20,834 nucleotides of DNA, from assembly GCA_046598045.1 (NCBI GenBank), contig JBKJJJ010000092.1, positions 1 through 20,834 on the forward strand, in the 5' to 3' direction. This document shows, one piece after another, positions 8,514 to 14,190 of this stretch (the first letter of the stretch is position 1; every line of letters starts with the position of its first letter). Below the pieces are notes generated by a model. The model did no database searches. It saw nothing but the letters and a program-made list of their open reading frames with translations, and was not told the origin of the DNA. This DNA comes from Candidatus Eiseniibacteriota bacterium (GTDB lineage Bacteria; Eisenbacteria; RBG-16-71-46; DASYSL01). Both the position numbers and the translations under genes were made by a program.

Positions 8514-9779
8514 ATGCGCTCGTTCAAGTTGACGCATCTCAAGGATGCGGAACTACTCCGCGGTCTCTCGTCGTTGGTTGCTCGGGATCGCATGACGACG
8601 GCCCGGGTGCTCGCCTACATCGCTGAAGTCGATGAGCGCCGCCTGTATGCGCCGGCGGGCTATTCGTCGATGTACTCGTATTGCCTCGGTGAACTGCGCC
8701 TGTCCGAGGATGCGGCCGCCAAGCGCATCCACGTCGCCCGGGCTGCGCGTGCATTCCCGGCGCTGTTCGCGGCACTCGCCGACGGGTTGCTGCACATGGC
8801 GGCGGCGCGCGCCATTGCCCCCCATCTGACGGCTGCAAACGCGTCGGAGCTTATCGCCGATGCGACGCACAGGAGCCGCGCGGAAGTCGAGGAAATGCTC
8901 GCGCGGCGGTTCCCGCGGGCCGAGGCGCTGAGGCTCGACGACGGCGTTGTGGCGCTGCCGATTGCGGGAGACGAACATGCCCCGGGGCATGTTGACGCAC
9001 CCTCTTCCGAACATGCCCCGGGGCATGTTGAACCCCCGGCGCCGCGTGTACGGGTTGCGCCGCTCTCCCCGGACCGCTACGCGATCCAGATCACGATCCG
9101 GAAGTCGACCCACGACAAGCTGCGCCACGCGCAGGCGCTGCTGGCCCATGCGGTTCCTGCGGGCGACGTCGCCGAGGTCCTCGACCGCGCGCTCGACGCG
9201 CTGATCGCCCAGCTCGAGAAGCGCAAGGTCGGAGCGACGAAGCGGCCGCAGGGCAAGCCGCGGCCCACGCGCGGACGTCGGCACGTCCCGGCGCAGGTTC
9301 GCCGGGCGGTCTGGGAGCGGGATCACGGCCAGTGCAGTTTCGTCAGCCATGCGGGTCGCCGCTGTGACGCGCGCTCGTTGCTCGAGTTCGACCACGTCGA
9401 GCCCGTCGCGCGGGGCGGCCGAGCGACCGTGCAGGGGATCCGGTTGCGTTGCCGCGCACATAATCAGCTTGCGGCCGAGGAGGCTTTCGGTGCGGGGTTC
9501 ATGGATGCGCGGCGGAAGGCGGCGCGGCGGGTGGCGGTCCCGAAGCTGCGAAAATCGAAGCCGCCCGAGTCGAGGGCGCGCGAATCGAATCCGCCCGAAT
9601 CGGAGCAGACGCGGGACGTGATCGCTGGATTACGCGGCCTCGGCCTGGGCGCACGCGTGGCACGAGAGGCCGCGGGGCTCACGGAGGCGAGGCCGGGGAC
9701 GACACTCGAGGAGCGGATCCGGGTGGCGCTGCGGTCGATTGGGGCGGGGATGGGGCGGGTGGGGGCTGCGCCTGGGTGA
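8514..9779 (+). CDS. DUF222-like/HNH endonuclease with a RuvA-domain-III-like C-terminus
   Basis: Helical N-terminus (LAYIAEVDERRLY..GYSSMYSYC..LRLSEDAAAKRIHVARAARAFP). HNH/Zn module 'RRAVWERDHGQC..RRC..LEFDHVEPVARGG..LRCRAHN'. C-terminal 'DVIAGLRGLG..AREA..TLEERIRVALRSI'. Confidence 0.8.
   Translation: MRSFKLTHLKDAELLRGLSSLVARDRMTTARVLAYIAEVDERRLYAPAGYSSMYSYCLGELRLSEDAAAKRIHVARAARAFPALFAALADGLLHMAAARAIAPHLTAANASELIADATHRSRAEVEEMLARRFPRAEALRLDDGVVALPIAGDEHAPGHVDAPSSEHAPGHVEPPAPRVRVAPLSPDRYAIQITIRKSTHDKLRHAQALLAHAVPAGDVAEVLDRALDALIAQLEKRKVGATKRPQGKPRPTRGRRHVPAQVRRAVWERDHGQCSFVSHAGRRCDARSLLEFDHVEPVARGGRATVQGIRLRCRAHNQLAAEEAFGAGFMDARRKAARRVAVPKLRKSKPPESRARESNPPESEQTRDVIAGLRGLGLGARVAREAAGLTEARPGTTLEERIRVALRSIGAGMGRVGAAPG
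8972..9031. repeat. Two intragenic 24-bp direct repeats (36-bp period), each containing a perfect 20-bp palindrome
   Basis: CGAACATGCCCCGGGGCATGTTGA at 8972-8995 and 9008-9031. The core AACATGCCCCGGGGCATGTT is its own reverse complement and lies in a stretch encoding EHAPGHV. Confidence 0.95.
9553..9602. repeat. Imperfect direct repeat (30-bp period) in the HNH C-terminal linker
   Basis: AATCGAAGCCGCCCGAGTCG (9553-9572) vs AATCGAATCCGCCCGAATCG (9583-9602), 18/20 identical; encodes SKPPES and SNPPES. Confidence 0.85.
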
Positions 9780-9897
9780 GCGCGATCCCCCCGAAGTGCC
9801 CGGGGCTTCTCTCCCAGGGGGCGAGGCTCATGAATCCTGGGAACCGGTCGCCGACGGCCGTCATGCGGCCGATTGGATCCATAGTCGTAGATCGCGT
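9780..9897. other. Multi-hairpin intergenic element (candidate structured RNA or element end)
   Basis: Closing stem CGCGATC(9781-87)/GATCGCG(9890-96). Internal stems CCCCG/CGGGG (9789-9805), TCCCAGG/CCTGGGA (9812-9842) and CGGCCG/CGGCCG (9855-9871). Confidence 0.35.
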
Positions 9898-9919
9898 CCC
9901 CGTGATCGACGGAGGAACC

Positions 9920-11725
9920 CTAGCTCGCGGCCGGGACCCTGAGGCGCTGTCCGGCCTTGACCACGGCCTTCTTCGACAGGCCGTTCATCGCGCGCAACTG
10001 GGCGACGGTGGTGTCGTGGCGGTCCGCGATCTCGCTCAGCGTGTCGCCGGCGCGAACCTTGACCGTGCGCGAGGAGACCTTGCCCGACTTCGAGGAGTGC
10101 GACGACCTCGAGACCGCGGAAGCCGGCCGAGCGCGCGAGGGCGTCATGTCCGCAACCTCGCGCGAGGCGACCGGCTCGCCGGTGCGCATCGGAATCGAGA
10201 GGATGCGGCCGACGCGCAGGCGGCTCCTCTTGCTCAGGCGGTTATAGCGCGCGATCGCGACCGCGGGGACGCCGTACTGGAGGCCGAGCGACTTGAGGCT
10301 CTCGCCGCGGCGCACCTTGTGGCGCAGCACGGCTGGGTCGTCCGGCGTGTCGACCTTGGGCAGCGACAGGGTGCCGCCCTCGAGGCTCGACATCAGCTTC
10401 TCGCCCGAGCCGTCGGGTACGCGCAGCGTGACCAGGTCGTCCTTTGCGGGGGCCGCGTTGCGCAGGAACATCGGGTTCAGGCGCCGGATCTCCTCGACCG
10501 TGGTGCCGCAACCGGCGGCCAGGGCCCGCAGGTCGACCGGGCCGGGGATCGTAACCTCGTCGAACGCCAACGGGTCCGACAGCTCGACGCCGTCGAAGCC
10601 GTAGCGCGCGGGGTCGCGCGAGATCGCGAGCACCGCCATGAACTTGGGCACGTAATCCCTGGTCTGTTGCGGCAGGCGCAGCGACCAGAAGTCCTTCGTG
10701 CCCTGGCGGCGGACGGCGTCATTCACGCAGCCCTCGCCCGCGTTGTACGAAGCGAGCGCCAGCGGCCACGAGTTGAACAGGCCATACAGGTGCTTGAGAT
10801 AGCGCGCGGCCGCGACCGTGGACGCTTCGGGATCCTTGCGCTCATCCACCCAGGAATTCACCTGCAGACCGAAAATCTTCGCGGTGCCGCGGATGAACTG
10901 CCATGGCCCGACCGCGGCCGCATACGAGCGCGCCTGCGGGTTGAAGCCGCTCTCGACGAACACGAGGTGCACGAGATCGGTCGGCACGCCTTCCTTCTCG
11001 AGCGTCTTCTTCATCGAGTCCATGTAGAGGCCCGAGCGCGTGAGCCAGTGCTCGAACGTCGGGCGCCCCCGGCCCGTGAAGTAGTCGAGCCACTTGTCGA
11101 CCATCGGGTGCGACTCGAGCTGGATCGTGTTGGGGTCGTCATCGTCGAGCGCCGCTTGCGCGAGCATTGCGTCGTCGGGCTCGTCGCCGGCGGGCAGCGG
11201 GATCCCGGGCGAGGCGGCCGGCGGCGGGGCCGAAGCCATCGCCATCACGGAGTCGGCCGCGGTGTTCGCGTGCGAGGACGAGCGGGAGAGTTCGCCGGCG
11301 GGCGGCAGGCCGAGATTGTCGTCGCGCTTCTTGACCGCGGCCAGGCGAAGGCTGCCGCAACGCTTGAACAGGTCGCCGGCGGCGTTGCGGATGCGCGCGT
11401 CGCGGGCATTGGTCATGGCGTCGCCGAGCTGGCGGATCGCGGGGTCGAGCGTTTCGACAGCGTCGGCGTAGCGCTTGCCCGTGTACTGGAGTTGCGCGCG
11501 CGAATAGGCGTCCTGCGCCTCGAGCATCAGGCGGCCGGCGGTGAAGTCGACCGGTGCGGGGTGGCGCGACGCCTTCTTGTGGGAAGGAGCGGAGGCGGTC
11601 TTCTTGTGGTCATGGGTCCGGGAAGAGCCCTTGGTGGCGGCCCATGCGGGCGCGCCGGGAGCCAGCAGCAGACCGGCGAGCGCGAGCCACACGATCGCCG
11701 GGGAGTTGCGGGTCCTTTGGGTCAT
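9920..11725 (-). CDS. mltD: Secreted lytic murein transglycosylase, MltD-like (SLT + 2 LysM)
   Basis: SLT motifs LVFVESGFNP, AVGPWQFI, DERKDPEAST, LALASYNAGEG, TRDYVPK. Two LysM domains (HKVRRGESL.., VKVRAGDTLSEIA..). Signal peptide after ATG 11725 with a GAGGGAGG RBS. Confidence 0.9.
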   Translation of the reverse strand: MTQRTRNSPAIVWLALAGLLLAPGAPAWAATKGSSRTHDHKKTASAPSHKKASRHPAPVDFTAGRLMLEAQDAYSRAQLQYTGKRYADAVETLDPAIRQLGDAMTNARDARIRNAAGDLFKRCGSLRLAAVKKRDDNLGLPPAGELSRSSSHANTAADSVMAMASAPPPAASPGIPLPAGDEPDDAMLAQAALDDDDPNTIQLESHPMVDKWLDYFTGRGRPTFEHWLTRSGLYMDSMKKTLEKEGVPTDLVHLVFVESGFNPQARSYAAAVGPWQFIRGTAKIFGLQVNSWVDERKDPEASTVAAARYLKHLYGLFNSWPLALASYNAGEGCVNDAVRRQGTKDFWSLRLPQQTRDYVPKFMAVLAISRDPARYGFDGVELSDPLAFDEVTIPGPVDLRALAAGCGTTVEEIRRLNPMFLRNAAPAKDDLVTLRVPDGSGEKLMSSLEGGTLSLPKVDTPDDPAVLRHKVRRGESLKSLGLQYGVPAVAIARYNRLSKRSRLRVGRILSIPMRTGEPVASREVADMTPSRARPASAVSRSSHSSKSGKVSSRTVKVRAGDTLSEIADRHDTTVAQLRAMNGLSKKAVVKAGQRLRVPAAS

Positions 11726-11781
11726 TCCAAGCCCTCCCTCGTTCCACGCTGTCGCCTTGGCGTAGGCGAAAACTCTGGACG

Positions 11782-11810
11782 AGCTTACGGGTCCGGCTTG
11801 CGTTTTGCAA
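11782..11810 (-). promoter_or_regulatory. sigma70-type promoter for the mltD-like gene
   Basis: The minus strand reads TTGCAA-N17-TAAGCT, about 56 nt upstream of ATG 11725. Confidence 0.55.
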
Positions 11811-11960
11811 GGAGACCCCCCCGAAGGGCGGTCCCTGCAACTTCCGCCCGGTCGATCCGGCGGAATCGCAGCCGCGGCGGAGAACTGCACGATCCATGCC
11901 GCGAAGCGAGTCCTTCCGGGGGGTAACCAGACTCACGCGCAATCGTAACAAGGAGTTACC

Positions 11961-14009
11961 GTGAACCGTTCGGCCAGATTCTCAAGCGAAGAGCCGGCTC
12001 CCGGGCCGGGCGGGAAGACTGCGCCCCGGCCACACTCGGACCGTTTGGCCCTGACCGGCCGCGCGGGCCAAGGCGTGGTCGCCTACCGGTCTGAATTCCT
12101 CCACCTGTGGGTTCTCTCGGCCAGCGGCAGCCCCGACCTCGAACGCAAACTCGATGCTCAAGTGGTGATCGAATCGCTGGGTGACCTCGAGCGCGAGGCG
12201 CTCCGCCTGCCGGGGGGAGTGATCCCGCCTCCAGCCATGGCGGTCCCGGTCGAGGTCCAGCACGCTTTCGCCGGGCTGCAATTTCTGCGGGACCACATGT
12301 GGGAGGCGCGCGCGGAGATCGCGGGGCTGCTGTCGTGGGGTGGTCGGGTGTGGGCGATCCGTTCGTCGATCGAAGTCACCCTCGAGCAACTCACGGGCGC
12401 GCCCGCGCGCTGGCGCTGGCATGATTGGGAGGGCGGTTCGCCGCTCGCCTGGACCGAACTCGGCGCCGCGGAGGTGTGGCGCCTCGGCGTCCCGCACCCG
12501 GGGGGAGCGCTCCATGCGCACTCCCGTCCGAACCTCAGCGCGCTCCCGCCCGCGACCGACGCCGACGCTTTCGCCGCCGCCGCCCGCGCGCAAGAGGCCG
12601 CGCCCGCGAGATCGCCCGCACTCGCCCACGAGGCGCCGCACGAGAGCCGGCAGGCGCGCCGCCGCCGCAGAAAGCGCGAGGCTGCGCCGCCGATCCTGCG
12701 TGCGATCGCGCCGCCCCTCCTGCGCGAGGCCGAGCTCGAGCTCGAGCCCGAGCCGATTCCATTGCCCGCGTGGCTGACTGTGCCGACGACGCGGGAGGAG
12801 CAATCGTCGCGCCCTGCGTTGGTGCGGGTCACGACTCCGCGCCCGGCGGGGGTGCGGGCTCCGGCGCCGCGTCGCGCCCCGGCGCCTGCCACCGCACGCT
12901 GGCCGAAGTTCCCCGTGATGCCGCGTCTCGCCGTGCGGCCACGCGCGCTCGCGCTCGGCGCGAGCGTTGCGGCGGTCGTCGCCTTGCTGGTGGCCGCCGG
13001 CGTGCTCGCGCGCAAGCCGCTGACCGCGCTCGTGGTCGGGCACTACACGTTCGAACTGACAACGTCGCCGGCCGGCGCGCGCGTGCGCATCGACGGCAAG
13101 CCGCAGCCGGGGCGCACGCCGCTCGCCCTCGAGCTCACTCCAGGCGAGCACCGCGTCGACGTCACCTACGGCGAGTATGCCAGCGCCGGGTTCACGGTCG
13201 AGGGCGTGCGCGGCGGAGACGTGCGCCGCGAGTTCGCCTGGACCGGCTCGCTCGGCGTCGCGAGCGCGGACAGCAGCGTACGGCTGGCGGTCACGCTCGA
13301 CGGCCAGTCGCTCGGCCGTTCGCCGCTGTGGAGGGACTCGGTCCCGGTGGGGCGGCATCGCCTCGGCTTCACCGCGCCAGGCGTGCGGGCGTGGGAGGAA
13401 GAGGTGCAGGTGCGCGCGGGGCAGTCGGCGCGCGTGAGCGCGGTGCCGGTCAAGGTACCGAACTACGGACTCGTCACCGCGCGCGCCCAGCTGGTGGCGT
13501 CGGACGGCGTCCAGGACATGGACGGCATTCCCGTGTTCGTCGACGGGCAGCGTGTCGGCGCGACGCCGCTCGACCTCAAGCTCACGCCCGGCCCGCACTC
13601 GGTCAAAATCGCGCGCGGTGAGGGCGCGCCTTCCATCCACTTGATCGACGTCCAGCCCGGCGGACGCTTCTTCGCCAGCGCCGAGTTCGGCCGCCCCTCC
13701 GACCCGATGGTCGCGTTCGACGTGCCCGCGCGCATCTCGCGCGCCGCGCCGCCGACGCTCACGATCCGGCTCGTCGCCGACCTGCCGCTGCCGGTCCGCC
13801 AAGCCTCGGTCTACGTGCGCGCCGACGGCGGCGCGTTCGCCCGCCTGCCGGTCGCATGGAGCGCCGGCCCCGGGCAGGGACAGGGCACGTTCGTCTTCCC
13901 GATCGATCGCCTCGGCGCCGCGAAGCGCGTGACCTACTACGTCGAGCTCGAGACGCGCGAAGGCGAGGAGTACTTCAGCGAGCTGCACACGATCCCCGTC
14001 CTGCCCTGA
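11961..14009 (+). CDS. PEGA-domain single-pass membrane protein
   Basis: AAGGAG RBS at 11950-11955. Pro/Arg/Ala-rich linker, hydrophobic segment (LALGASVAAVVALLVAAGVLA), then three PEGA-like repeats (TSPAGARVRIDG..GRTPL..PGEHRV; VTLDGQSLGRSPL..VGRHRL; VFVDGQRVGATPL..PGPHSV). Confidence 0.85.
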   Translation: MNRSARFSSEEPAPGPGGKTAPRPHSDRLALTGRAGQGVVAYRSEFLHLWVLSASGSPDLERKLDAQVVIESLGDLEREALRLPGGVIPPPAMAVPVEVQHAFAGLQFLRDHMWEARAEIAGLLSWGGRVWAIRSSIEVTLEQLTGAPARWRWHDWEGGSPLAWTELGAAEVWRLGVPHPGGALHAHSRPNLSALPPATDADAFAAAARAQEAAPARSPALAHEAPHESRQARRRRRKREAAPPILRAIAPPLLREAELELEPEPIPLPAWLTVPTTREEQSSRPALVRVTTPRPAGVRAPAPRRAPAPATARWPKFPVMPRLAVRPRALALGASVAAVVALLVAAGVLARKPLTALVVGHYTFELTTSPAGARVRIDGKPQPGRTPLALELTPGEHRVDVTYGEYASAGFTVEGVRGGDVRREFAWTGSLGVASADSSVRLAVTLDGQSLGRSPLWRDSVPVGRHRLGFTAPGVRAWEEEVQVRAGQSARVSAVPVKVPNYGLVTARAQLVASDGVQDMDGIPVFVDGQRVGATPLDLKLTPGPHSVKIARGEGAPSIHLIDVQPGGRFFASAEFGRPSDPMVAFDVPARISRAAPPTLTIRLVADLPLPVRQASVYVRADGGAFARLPVAWSAGPGQGQGTFVFPIDRLGAAKRVTYYVELETREGEEYFSELHTIPVLP

Positions 14010-14058
14010 CCGCCCCGCCCTGACCGCTCCGCCCTGAGCGCCAGGCCCTGAGCGCCGC
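14003..14058 (+). repeat. 4 x 14-bp tandem repeat starting at the PEGA gene stop
   Basis: GCCCTGACCGCCCC / GCCCTGACCGCTCC / GCCCTGAGCGCCAG / GCCCTGAGCGCCGC. Confidence 0.9.
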
Positions 14059-14190
14059 GCCTCGGCGTCAACGGGCGTAACGGATGGTTCCAGGAGCGGA
14101 CGCTATCCGCCCGGCGGACGCCCCGCGCAGGATCTCCCATCGCCGCGCGCACGCATGACTTGATCCGGCCCGAAAGCATCGGCCCGCTTC

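Noticed and set aside
8972..8995. Gram-positive LexA box (GAAC-N4-GTTC)
   Set aside because: The half-site spacing is far too long and the site is mid-gene.
8972..9031. CRISPR array
   Set aside because: Only two repeats with a 12-nt spacer, in frame inside a CDS, and no cas genes in the window.
8514..9779. IscB/Cas9/TnpB identity for the HNH protein
   Set aside because: No PLMP motif or split RuvC motifs recognisable; the architecture fits DUF222-like/HNH proteins.
9780..9919. Intrinsic terminator between the convergent HNH and mltD genes
   Set aside because: Hairpins are present, but neither strand has a U-tract; kept only as a structured-element candidate.
9776..11926. 716-aa plus-strand ORF, and similar long ORFs (e.g. 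11982-13988, 5545-7341, 18959-20824, 2408-3811, 12-1103)
   Set aside because: Antisense or alternative-frame shadows of well-supported genes, Arg/Ala/Pro-rich and without motifs, as expected at this GC content.
11726..11960. c-di-AMP (ydaO) or c-di-GMP riboswitch ahead of the LysM transglycosylase
   Set aside because: The conserved sequence blocks of these riboswitches could not be found on the minus strand, and the predicted leader is only ~50 nt.
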